Source of the DNA: an uncultured bacterium
Lineage (GTDB): Bacteria > Armatimonadota > HRBIN16
Assembly (NCBI GenBank): GCA_964535125.1
Contig: CAZHSN010000002.1
Location: forward strand, 1 to 59,444
Length of the DNA: 59,444 nucleotides
Direction of reading: 5' to 3'
A program made the position numbers and the translations under genes. Numbering within the stretch: the stretch's first letter is position 1; each line of letters begins with the position of its first letter. The notes beneath the pieces were generated by a model, which saw nothing but the letters and a program-made list of their open reading frames with translations, was not told the origin of the DNA and did not search any database. Of this stretch, positions 48,033-56,348 are shown piece after piece.

Positions 48033-48745
48033 ACGACGATGAACAGCTTCAGCTGTTATGGGATCTGCAGCTGTTAGACGCACGCATTCTGAAACGTCAG
48101 AGACGGTTGCGCGAAATCGAGGCCGGACCCTTGTGCGCCGCAGAGGCGCGCCGGCTGTTGGAAACGAAAGCCGCAGCCGAACAGGCGTTATCAGAGGCGA
48201 AAGCTCACTTGTGCGCCCTGGAGACGGAACTGGCTCAGACCGAAGAGCGCCGGAAACAGACTCACAAACGGCTGTATGGCGGGACAGTGACGGCCACGCG
48301 CGAGTTGAACGCACTGGAACACGAATTGGCTGCCTTGAAGGAGCGTCAGGGTGAACTGGACGGGCAGGTGCTGCAAGCCATGGACCGCGTGACGGAACTG
48401 GAGTCGGAGGCCAGCGAAGCGATCCAGGCGAGCGCTGCTCTGTTGGACCAATACCGTGTTGAAAAGTCATCCATGGACGCCGAGAAGCAGCATATCGAAG
48501 CGGAGTTGACAGACCTGACGGTGCGCAGGGAACGGGCCGCTCAGCGCGTTGAGACGCGTCACATCAGCCGATATGAGACGCTGAGGCAGCGGGGCAATGG
48601 ATACGGTATGAGCCCGGTTGAGGGCGACCATTGTAAACTGTGCCGCACGACCATCAGTGTGACCGTGATGAAACGTCTGCAGAGCGGTGCGGTGGTACAG
48701 TGTGAAAACTGCAGCCGCATTCTGTACCCGGCAAAGGAGTCGTAG
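48029..48745 (+). CDS. Coiled-coil protein with a C-terminal C4 zinc ribbon (COG1579/DUF164-like)
   Basis: 238 aa. A long heptad-rich region is followed by CKLCRTTIS...VQCENCSRILY. ATGA overlap with the kinase stop. Confidence 0.75.
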   Translation: MNDDEQLQLLWDLQLLDARILKRQRRLREIEAGPLCAAEARRLLETKAAAEQALSEAKAHLCALETELAQTEERRKQTHKRLYGGTVTATRELNALEHELAALKERQGELDGQVLQAMDRVTELESEASEAIQASAALLDQYRVEKSSMDAEKQHIEAELTDLTVRRERAAQRVETRHISRYETLRQRGNGYGMSPVEGDHCKLCRTTISVTVMKRLQSGAVVQCENCSRILYPAKES

Positions 48746-48748
48746 CCC

Positions 48749-48781
48749 GACCTCCCGCAGCGCCATGTGCCGCGGGAGGTC
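48749..48781. terminator. Hairpin between convergent genes
   Basis: GACCTCCCGC (48749-48758), a 13-nt loop, then GCGGGAGGTC (48772-48781), in the 47-nt gap between the stops at 48745 (+) and 48793 (-). Confidence 0.5.
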
Positions 48782-48792
48782 CGATGCGCCGA

Positions 48793-50142
48793 TCAACGCG
48801 GCGGAAACAGCCCTAACAGCGTATCTGCCAGCACTTCCATGCCGCGGTCATCGGGATGGTTTATGTTGTTTCCCAACAACGCCATATACGGGATACCCCG
48901 TTTCTGCAGCGCCACCCAACCGGCTGCCGCGTCGGCCACAGCCACACCGCGTGCTGCACCGAACGCCTTCAATGCGGCCGTATATGGGCGCGGGTCTGCT
49001 TGGAACCGTGCGTTTGGCTGGCGCATCCAATCCGGGCGTACCAGGTGCGGCGTGGTCAGGATGACCTCCGCACCGGCCTGCTGGAGCGCCTCGACCATGC
49101 GTCCGTACTGGCGGTCGACGCCGGCCTGGTCCAACCCAGCGTCGTTGACGAACTCAATGACCACCAAGTCAGCGCGCTTATCCACGACCTCCCGCTCAAA
49201 CCTGCTGCGACCATCCACCACGGTATCGGTAAACACGGCGCTGTTCGCGCCGCCTTGCGCCGTAGTGATCAGCTCAATCCGGGCAGATGGAAACCGTTGT
49301 TTCAGTTTTGCCACAAACTGATACTGCCAACCTCCGTTGGGTGACAAAGACGGGTACCCTCCGGCGGTAACACTGTCGCCAAATGCCAGCACCTTCAGCG
49401 GAATGCCGTCACGCAGCGCCCGCAGTGTGCGCGGCAGCAACCGTTCCGCCACAGGCGGTCCCACAGGCGTTGCGTTCAAGGTGATCACATACAGGTGCTC
49501 CGGCGTGAGACGGGCCGCTGGCCGAGGCAGATAGATGGAGCCGAAAGCGATCTCGCCATCGTGCAGCGCAGGCGGGAACAGACGCCCCATTCCTTCTGTC
49601 CCTCGTACGACTCGGCAGCGGCCGTCCGGTGTCACCGCGAGTGTGTCCCAGCGGCTTGGAGTGTAGTCATAGTCGGCGTATACCACCGACGCGGGAGCCA
49701 CTTTACCGTCAGCCACACGGCCGAAGGTGCCCCATTCCTCGTCCAAAAGGTAGTCCTCGCCCGGTTCAAAGGGCATGCTGGGGCCGGGTTGAGGCTTCAG
49801 CCGGAAGGTTCCGGGAACCAGGCTGCCTGAGACTGTACACTCATCTGCTATCAACCGCGTCAGTCGGGCGCCCTTCATCCATCCGCCTGCATTCGGGTTG
49901 AACTCGGGTATGCGCTCATGCACTTCATCACGCACTTGGATCGGCGTGATGTTCGTCACTTTGAGGTACTGTGCGCGGGGAATGGTGATGCGTGTACCGG
50001 CGACATTCAGGACGCCGGCCGAGACACGTATGGTCCAGTCAGACTCTATCTCAATGTTCACCGGGCGCTCCAACGGTTTGGCGGGTGCGCCGAATGCGAC
50101 GGCGCTTGCCAGGATCAGCGGCCAGATACCGGAAACGTTCAT
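48793..50142 (-). CDS. Secreted SGNH/GDSL-family hydrolase with an N-terminal accessory domain
   Basis: Signal-like N-terminus MNVSGIWPLILASAVAFGAPA. Block I VLAFGDSVTAGG, later FVNDAG, and C-terminal NINHPDDRG (the DxxH-type block). Confidence 0.7.
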   Translation of the reverse strand: MNVSGIWPLILASAVAFGAPAKPLERPVNIEIESDWTIRVSAGVLNVAGTRITIPRAQYLKVTNITPIQVRDEVHERIPEFNPNAGGWMKGARLTRLIADECTVSGSLVPGTFRLKPQPGPSMPFEPGEDYLLDEEWGTFGRVADGKVAPASVVYADYDYTPSRWDTLAVTPDGRCRVVRGTEGMGRLFPPALHDGEIAFGSIYLPRPAARLTPEHLYVITLNATPVGPPVAERLLPRTLRALRDGIPLKVLAFGDSVTAGGYPSLSPNGGWQYQFVAKLKQRFPSARIELITTAQGGANSAVFTDTVVDGRSRFEREVVDKRADLVVIEFVNDAGLDQAGVDRQYGRMVEALQQAGAEVILTTPHLVRPDWMRQPNARFQADPRPYTAALKAFGAARGVAVADAAAGWVALQKRGIPYMALLGNNINHPDDRGMEVLADTLLGLFPPR

Positions 50143-50274
50143 CCATTTACCTCCTGCTCAGACATCGGCCTGCAGTTAGGATTGTACAGGCTTCACGCCT
50201 TCGATACGGGATGCAGGAATTCCGGCGGCGTCTGTATAACGGAATGCGGCACATCCCACTATCCGGAGGAAACG

Positions 50275-51036
50275 ATGATAACAGGCAAGCTGGGGGTTCA
50301 GTTGTACTCAGTCCGCGATGATGCGGCACAGGATCTGGCGGGTGTCCTGAAGGGCATCCGGGCGATGGGGTATGACGGCGTGGATTTCGCCGGATATTAC
50401 GGCCACAGCGCTGAGGCGATCGCTGCGATGCTGGCGGACACCGGACTGGGTGTCGCCGGAGCGCATGTAGGGATTGATACGCTGCTCGGTGATGAACTGG
50501 AGCGCAGCATCGAGTTCCACCGGACGATAGGGAACCGTTACCTGGTGGTGCCCGGGCTTCCGGCGCAGTACACAGAGTCGGCCGATGCCTGGCGTCGCAC
50601 CGCCGACATACTGAACGACATCGCCGAGCGGTTGGCGCCGCATGGCATGCTGACGGGATACCACAACCATATGACCGAATGGCAGCCTTTGGATGGTGAG
50701 ATCCCCTGGCGCCTGCTGATGGAACGGACGCGCCCGGAAGTGATCATGCAGTTCGACACTGGCAACGCGTATGCGGGTGGTGTCGATCCTGTAGAGGAGA
50801 TGCGATGGGCCGCTCCGCGCGCCGTAACGGTGCACATCAAGGAGCATGCCCTGAACGGACAGCCCGCGATGATCGGTCAAGGCGACGTGCCGTGGGGGCC
50901 TGTGTTGGACGCGATCGACGAGGCGGGTGTCTGCGAGTGGCTGACCATCGAACAGGAGAGCTACTGCGGCAGTCCGATGAAGAGCATTGAGGGCAGTCTG
51001 CAGGGGCTGAAGCAGCTGTTGGCCGCCCGGAAGTAA
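50275..51036 (+). CDS. Sugar phosphate isomerase/epimerase (xylose isomerase-like TIM barrel)
   Basis: MITGKLGVQLYSVRDD...GYDGVDFAGY...GYHNH...QFDTGN...HIKE. GGAGGA RBS 4 nt upstream. The track ORF from 49918 is an overlap artefact. Confidence 0.8.
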   Translation: MITGKLGVQLYSVRDDAAQDLAGVLKGIRAMGYDGVDFAGYYGHSAEAIAAMLADTGLGVAGAHVGIDTLLGDELERSIEFHRTIGNRYLVVPGLPAQYTESADAWRRTADILNDIAERLAPHGMLTGYHNHMTEWQPLDGEIPWRLLMERTRPEVIMQFDTGNAYAGGVDPVEEMRWAAPRAVTVHIKEHALNGQPAMIGQGDVPWGPVLDAIDEAGVCEWLTIEQESYCGSPMKSIEGSLQGLKQLLAARK

Positions 51037-51037
51037 G

Positions 51038-51067
51038 GCGCAACCCGCGGGGATGTGCGGGTTGCGC
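51038..51067. terminator. Bidirectional hairpin terminator between convergent genes
   Basis: GCGCAACCCGC (51038-51048), an 8-nt loop, then GCGGGTTGCGC (51057-51067). An alternative overlapping stem GGGGATG/CATCCCC is also possible. Confidence 0.6.
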
Positions 51068-51077
51068 ATCCCCGGCT

Positions 51078-52139
51078 TCACACTTTGAAGCGCACGTATA
51101 CCACGTCGCCGTCCTTGACGACGTAGTCCTTCATCTCCAAGCGCATCGCGCCGGCTGCCTTGGCGGCCTCCCATGACCCATGGCTCTGCAGGGTGTCGAA
51201 TGGTATGACTTCCAAACGGATGAACCCGCGCGCCAGATCTGAATGAATACGGCCCGCGGCTTCCACCGCACTGCCTCCCTCACGCAGTGTCCAGGCGTGT
51301 ACCTCAGGTTCTCCGCAGGTGAAGAAGGTGATCAACCCCAGTGAGCGGTAGGCCTCCCGGATCAGGCGGTTGCGTGCCGGTTCACTGATCCCCAACGCCT
51401 GCAGGAACTCCGTCTCATCGGCAGCGTCCAGTTCGGCGACGTCTGCTTCGATGGTGGCGCAGAGAGACAGCAGACGCTGTTGCTTCTCTGCTGCATAGGC
51501 TTGCAGTTCAGGGGTGACGTCCGTGTCGGCAGCGTGTTCTTCTGGCACATTGGCGACCAGTATCAACGGCTTCTGAGTCAGAAACGTGAAGCCCCGCAGT
51601 TCCTTTTCGTGTTCCGGCTGCAGCGTGGCGTTACGCAGCGGTATCTCCTGCTCCAGGATCGCCTGAAACGCATGCAGCGCTTCCCTTTCGGCCTGTTCGG
51701 CAGGCAGGCTCTTTCGTGCTTTGAGTGCTTTGTCCAGCCGTTCGAGCCGTGTCTCTATCAGCGTCAGATCGGCCAGCAGCAGCTCTTCATCTATACGCCG
51801 TGCTGCAGAGACGGGATCGACCGTGCCGCTGAACGCGTCGACCACGTGGACCAGTGCGTCGACCTGCCGGATACCCGACAGGAAGTCGGTGCCCAAAGCG
51901 CCTCTGTGATGGTCATCTCCGATACGTGCGGCGCCGTCCAGAAACTGCACTGTGGCCGGATTGACGCGTTTGGGGGAGTAGACCTGCACCATGAAGTCAA
52001 AGCGGGGATCCGGTACAACCACGGCGCCCTGATGGGCGTTAGGCATACCCGGCACGCTGCCGGCGGGCGCACCGCTCAGCAGTGCGCGAAACAGCGTGGT
52101 CTTGCCCGATTGCGGCAGGCCGATGAGTCCGACGTTCAT
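51078..52139 (-). CDS. ychF: Ribosome-binding ATPase YchF (Obg-like GTPase family)
   Basis: MNVGLIGLPQSGKTTLFRAL, a coiled insertion domain, and a C-terminal TGS-like region (FFTCGEPEVHAWTLREGGSAVEAAGRIHSDLARGFIR...VVKDGDVVYVRF). Confidence 0.85.
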   Translation of the reverse strand: MNVGLIGLPQSGKTTLFRALLSGAPAGSVPGMPNAHQGAVVVPDPRFDFMVQVYSPKRVNPATVQFLDGAARIGDDHHRGALGTDFLSGIRQVDALVHVVDAFSGTVDPVSAARRIDEELLLADLTLIETRLERLDKALKARKSLPAEQAEREALHAFQAILEQEIPLRNATLQPEHEKELRGFTFLTQKPLILVANVPEEHAADTDVTPELQAYAAEKQQRLLSLCATIEADVAELDAADETEFLQALGISEPARNRLIREAYRSLGLITFFTCGEPEVHAWTLREGGSAVEAAGRIHSDLARGFIRLEVIPFDTLQSHGSWEAAKAAGAMRLEMKDYVVKDGDVVYVRFKV

Positions 52140-52148
52140 ATCGCGGGT

Positions 52149-52328
52149 CTATTGCTCCTGTTGTATGTAATCAATCTGCAGGGAAGGTGGCGGCTGGTTG
52201 CGAAACCGCCCCCACGCATACCACCACAGGGCGGCCATCAGTAGTATCAACACGATATTACGCAGCCAGTACCGTGGCGCTGGCTGTGGAAGGCTGTTCC
52301 GTGGACGTTGGTAATCTGACGTACGCAT
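52149..52328 (-). CDS. Possible small single-TM protein (59 aa) downstream of ychF's neighbour region, low confidence
   Basis: ATG 52328 gives MRTSDYQRPRNSLPQPAPRYWLRNIVLILLMAALWWYAWGRF... with one hydrophobic helix. The rest of the 204-aa track ORF overlaps the AraC gene in antisense. Confidence 0.3.
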   Translation of the reverse strand: MRTSDYQRPRNSLPQPAPRYWLRNIVLILLMAALWWYAWGRFRNQPPPSLQIDYIQQEQ

Positions 52329-52355
52329 GGCACATACCAGTGTAACACGACGGCG

Positions 52356-53306
52356 ATGGTTGGCAGGACCAGACCGCCCGTTCGTATACACCCGAGCAAG
52401 CTGCGGGATAATGTGCGTATGGATACGATAAGCCGCCTCTCTCCCTATGTGCGTCTGGCGCACTACTACCCGGTACCGGCAGGATGGCGCATCCCCCCTC
52501 GGGTGATCAATGACCATCTGCTGTTGTACACCCGGGACGCATCCGGCTGGCTTCGTATTGAGGACTGTACATACCGGATCACGCCGCGTTCGTTGCTGCT
52601 GGTGCCGCCTGGTGCATTGCACGAGACATGGTACGACGCGATGACGCCGATATTGATGTACAATCTGCACTTCGATTATATGGAGCGAGATGACAGTGAG
52701 CATGTGCCGATCTGCAGCGCGTCGCCCGCGGAGACCCGTGCGCATCCTGAGAGGATACGTCAACCGTTTGAAGGTGATCCCTCACTGACCCTTCCCGTTG
52801 CCATTGAGGCGTTTGCTCCCGCTGTTTATGAGCAGCTGTTCTTTACCATTCACAGCGCGGCACAGACGAACCGTCCGTTCGAGCGCATGCGGGCGAAGGC
52901 GGTGATGCTGGAACTGCTGGCGCATCTGTATACTGCAGGAACCTTGTCAGACCGTCAGGTCGGCGCCCGTCTGCGCGCCCGTGAGTTGTTGGCTGGACTG
53001 CCTGGATATATAGAAGAGCGGCTGGCCGACGGGATTGGCGTAAGGGATCTGTGTGAGTTCTGTCATCTCAGCCGGACGCACCTGCGGCGTCTGATGGTCG
53101 CCGCCTACGGAGTCACCCCCGCAGACTACCTGTCCCGATGCCGCATGACACGCGCCCGGTATCTGCTGCAGCACGAACAGATCGCCGTCGCGCAAGTCGC
53201 TGGTTTGTGCGGTTACCAGAGCGTGCAGTACTTCACGCGTGTGTTCTCGGCGGCCTATGGAATGCCTCCCGGCCAGTATCGGGTCCGGATGACTCGCACG
53301 ACGTGA
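52356..53306 (+). CDS. AraC-family transcriptional regulator with an N-terminal cupin-like sensor domain
   Basis: C-terminal HTH pair VRDLCEFCHLSRTHLRRLMVAAYGVTPADYLSRCRMTRARYLLQHEQIAVAQVAGLCGYQSVQYFTRVFSAAYGMPPGQYR. An alternative ATG exists at 52419. Confidence 0.85.
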   Translation: MVGRTRPPVRIHPSKLRDNVRMDTISRLSPYVRLAHYYPVPAGWRIPPRVINDHLLLYTRDASGWLRIEDCTYRITPRSLLLVPPGALHETWYDAMTPILMYNLHFDYMERDDSEHVPICSASPAETRAHPERIRQPFEGDPSLTLPVAIEAFAPAVYEQLFFTIHSAAQTNRPFERMRAKAVMLELLAHLYTAGTLSDRQVGARLRARELLAGLPGYIEERLADGIGVRDLCEFCHLSRTHLRRLMVAAYGVTPADYLSRCRMTRARYLLQHEQIAVAQVAGLCGYQSVQYFTRVFSAAYGMPPGQYRVRMTRTT

Positions 53307-53423
53307 TACGGTGCAAAAGTGCAACTTGGTGTTTCTGATGGACAAACACCGGCACTGCAAATGGGCTGATACTGAGGTTGGCGTTGGCTGGCAACGCGAT
53401 CATGAGAGGCAAGGGGACGAGAT

Positions 53424-54086
53424 ATGTCAGGTAGCTGCGAAGCCGCACCGTTGACCGCGGCCGTTGTGACCGGGGCGCATCCGTTTGACGTTCCGGAATT
53501 CCATCGTCTGTTTCGGGGAATGGATGCTGTGGACGCCTACATTCAGGACTTGGAAAACTTCTGCTGGGACTGGGGACAGATGCGCGACCGGTATGATGTG
53601 GTTCTTTTCTACAATATGCACATGCAGATGGGCGATCATGACCCTGCGGCCGCGGTGCTGGATGGGCTGGGTAAGCCGCATCAGGGCCTGGTTGTACTCC
53701 ATCACGCTTTGCTGGCGTATCCCGACAACACCATATGGTCTGATATGGTGGGTATCGCCGACCGCCGGTTTGGGTACCACCCGGACCAGTCGCTGCCGGT
53801 CAGCGTGGCCGATCCATCCCATCCCATCACGGCCGGCATGAGTGACTGGATAATCACCGACGAGAGCTACACCATGCAGTCGCCCAGTGACGACAGTCAC
53901 ACGCTGTTGACCGTCGAGCATCCGCTCAGCATGCGCTCCGTGGCGTGGACGCGGCAGTTCCGTCAGTCGCGCGTGTTTTGCCTGTCTCTCGGGCACGACC
54001 CGGCCGCGTGGTCCAATCCGGGCTTCCAGACAGTGCTGCGGCGCGGCATACTGTGGGCCGGCCGGCGGCTTGGAGCGGCGTCATGA
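53424..54086 (+). CDS. ThuA-like (trehalose utilisation / class I glutamine amidotransferase-like) domain protein
   Basis: 220 aa. VVTGAHPFDVPEF...YDVVLFYNMH...LVVLHHAL...HPIT...W are typical of the ThuA family. The stop overlaps the next start (ATGA). Confidence 0.65.
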   Translation: MSGSCEAAPLTAAVVTGAHPFDVPEFHRLFRGMDAVDAYIQDLENFCWDWGQMRDRYDVVLFYNMHMQMGDHDPAAAVLDGLGKPHQGLVVLHHALLAYPDNTIWSDMVGIADRRFGYHPDQSLPVSVADPSHPITAGMSDWIITDESYTMQSPSDDSHTLLTVEHPLSMRSVAWTRQFRQSRVFCLSLGHDPAAWSNPGFQTVLRRGILWAGRRLGAAS

Positions 54087-55042
54087 AGGCGCTGGTGACG
54101 CGTTTGTGCGCCGATGGTGTGCGCGAAAAACGGATGGTCGATGACTGGCCTGCCCCACCTGAAGTAACAGGCAACCTGGTGCGTGTTCGGACGCTGTTTT
54201 CAGGAGTGACCAACGGAACCGAGCGGAACGATCTGATCGGCGGTAACTATGCCACCCCGTCCGAGCGACTGCCGGCCACCTGGGGGTATCAGAACGTGGG
54301 TGTCGTGGTCGAAGTCGGGCCCGAATGCCGCGAGCTGTCTGTGGGCGATGTGGTCTACTCCAGCGCCGATCATGTGGAGTATGCCGTGTTCCCGGAAGAC
54401 TGGCTGCTAGTGAAACTGCCGGATTCTGTGGACCGAACCCATGCGGCGCTGTTCGGGATGACCAGTGTGGCGATGCGTACTTGCCGGCATGCGGACTTGC
54501 GTATGGGTGAGCGGGTGTTGGTAGTGGGCGCCGGGTTTATCGGTCAGTTGGCGGCCCAGATCGCCGATGCGATGGGAGCGCGCGTCACAATCTGCGATCT
54601 CAGTGCGGAGCGCCTGAGCGATGCGCAGCGTCTGGGTGCGGTGGAAGAGGCATTCGTCAGTGATGCGGACGGCTGGTCACGGTGTGTTCCCGGTGGATCG
54701 TTTGATGCGGTGATCGATGTGGCAGGTGCGCCCGGCATGGAAGACCAGTTGATCGGCGCCGTACGGGCGCGGGGGCGTGTGCTGCTCATCGCCGGACGCT
54801 GCCAAGTCAACTACACGTTCAACCTGGGACAGTCTCACGAGGTCACCATCAAGCAGAATAGCCACTTTGACCGCGATGATCTGCACAATGTCTGCCGGCT
54901 GACCGCGAGAGGCCGGTTGATGATTGGTCCATTGCTGCGCGCCGTTGTCCCGGCTTCGGAGGCCTATGAAGTGTATGAGACGCTGCGTGACCACCCGCAG
55001 GAGTTGGGCGGTACTGTGTTCCGCTGGTCGGACAGCGTATAG
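54083..55042 (+). CDS. MDR-family Zn-type/quinone-type dehydrogenase
   Basis: VRTLFSGVTNGTE...GYQNVGVVVEVG...VLVVGAGFIGQLAAQIADAMGARV (Rossmann motif GxGxxG). 319 aa. Confidence 0.7.
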   Translation: MKALVTRLCADGVREKRMVDDWPAPPEVTGNLVRVRTLFSGVTNGTERNDLIGGNYATPSERLPATWGYQNVGVVVEVGPECRELSVGDVVYSSADHVEYAVFPEDWLLVKLPDSVDRTHAALFGMTSVAMRTCRHADLRMGERVLVVGAGFIGQLAAQIADAMGARVTICDLSAERLSDAQRLGAVEEAFVSDADGWSRCVPGGSFDAVIDVAGAPGMEDQLIGAVRARGRVLLIAGRCQVNYTFNLGQSHEVTIKQNSHFDRDDLHNVCRLTARGRLMIGPLLRAVVPASEAYEVYETLRDHPQELGGTVFRWSDSV

Positions 55043-55067
55043 GTGATAGACCGGTGCAGACGTGCGG

Positions 55068-56342
55068 TTAAGCCGTTTCGGCTTGCACGTCTGTGATCAA
55101 CTGCAACGCCGCGTTCATCACCAGATCCGGTGCGTCTGGCGTGAACGGGAACAGGCTGAAGAAGCGCGGCGCTTCATATGCCGCATAGTCGCCGGGGCAT
55201 TCATAGATATCCCGGGTGGGCAGATAACTGGTCAGCCCGTTCGCGTAGCCGATGGTCATCAGATCGGGGTGATGCGCACGCAATACGGCATCATGCCCGG
55301 AAAACGGCTCGAACGGAACCGCGCACAGCACCGCACAGCCGATCCGGCACGCCCAGATCGGCACAGGATCGGTGAACGGGTTGGCCGCCATCTCGTCTCT
55401 ATAGGCCAGAGCTTTGTCGATCCATATTTCCGCAAAGCGCCTGTGTCCCGGTGAACCGGCGTGCTGCAGCAGGTGCGTCGCGTCGCGCTTGAGATCATCC
55501 AGGGTTGGTACATTGAGCGGAATCGGCAGACGCCGTTCGGCGACGGGCAGACAGCTCACCGCGCTTTCCGGTGCATGCCGGGCACGTCTCACCCGGTTCC
55601 ACACGTGTCGACCGATGGATGCGACTTCCTGCGGCCAGTGCTCATGATGTCCGGTGTGCCATGACACCGGATCAATGTCACCGCAGAAACCCTGCAATAC
55701 CAACGCGCGCGCGGCCGCCTGCTCGGCGCACTCGCACACGGCCCCCGGCCAGTCTGCGGACAGAACCGGATCTGCGCCCGTATGCACCGGGTGACAGGCG
55801 TATGAGGTAATGACGATGGGGGTGTGCGCGCCATCGAACCACAGCGTTTTCAAACGGGGGTCGATCTGGCAGAAGTTGGAATGGCGGCGGTTGATGCCGA
55901 ACGGCTCGATGGTCTCACAACGCCACCGGACGGTGACCGGCTCCAGCGATTCGGCCGCATGGATGGCGGCGCCTCTCAGTTTGCCGGGCAGTTCGGCCAC
56001 ATAGTCGGGGTTCATTTCGCCGATACCATCCCACGCGACAGTGGCGGGTCCTGCATGCGTATGTGTGGACGCCAACAGGACCCGTACCGGATCAATCCCC
56101 AAGTCAGCCGCTATCAGCGCGCGGAGCCGATCTGCCTCCGTCACCGAAAAGCCGATCAAGTCGGTAGACAGCATGCATACCGTGTCGGTCCCGGCCCGTA
56201 GTACACAGCATCTTACGTTCAGGGGGCTTTCGATCCGCTCCATGGTGCGCCCCAAGTAATAGCCGAAGCCGCAAAGCTCCACACCTCGGGGAGGCGTTAT
56301 GTCCCGAGTGGCATACCCGGCTTCCAGTCTGATGTCGCTCAC
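55068..56342 (-). CDS. Neutral/alkaline ceramidase N-terminal-domain-like hydrolase
   Basis: AGYATRDITPPRGVELCGFGYY...PLNVRCCVLR...MLSTDLIGF...LASTHTHAGP matches the ceramidase_alk N-domain pattern. No signal peptide evident. Confidence 0.55.
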   Translation of the reverse strand: MSDIRLEAGYATRDITPPRGVELCGFGYYLGRTMERIESPLNVRCCVLRAGTDTVCMLSTDLIGFSVTEADRLRALIAADLGIDPVRVLLASTHTHAGPATVAWDGIGEMNPDYVAELPGKLRGAAIHAAESLEPVTVRWRCETIEPFGINRRHSNFCQIDPRLKTLWFDGAHTPIVITSYACHPVHTGADPVLSADWPGAVCECAEQAAARALVLQGFCGDIDPVSWHTGHHEHWPQEVASIGRHVWNRVRRARHAPESAVSCLPVAERRLPIPLNVPTLDDLKRDATHLLQHAGSPGHRRFAEIWIDKALAYRDEMAANPFTDPVPIWACRIGCAVLCAVPFEPFSGHDAVLRAHHPDLMTIGYANGLTSYLPTRDIYECPGDYAAYEAPRFFSLFPFTPDAPDLVMNAALQLITDVQAETA

Positions 56343-56348
56343 AGCGTG

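Noticed and set aside
50308-51174. 288-aa minus-strand ORF over the sugar phosphate isomerase gene (similar antisense ORFs at 51480..52244 +, 53427..53996 -, 41326..42036 +, 36196..36864 -, 47423..47995 -)
   Set aside because: Each is antisense to a CDS with a clear family assignment, and none has supporting motifs.
52329-52763. Upstream 145 codons of the 204-aa minus-strand ORF 52149..52763
   Set aside because: This part overlaps the AraC gene in antisense. Only the last 59 codons (52149..52328) lie in intergenic DNA and show a TM helix, and even that part is low confidence.
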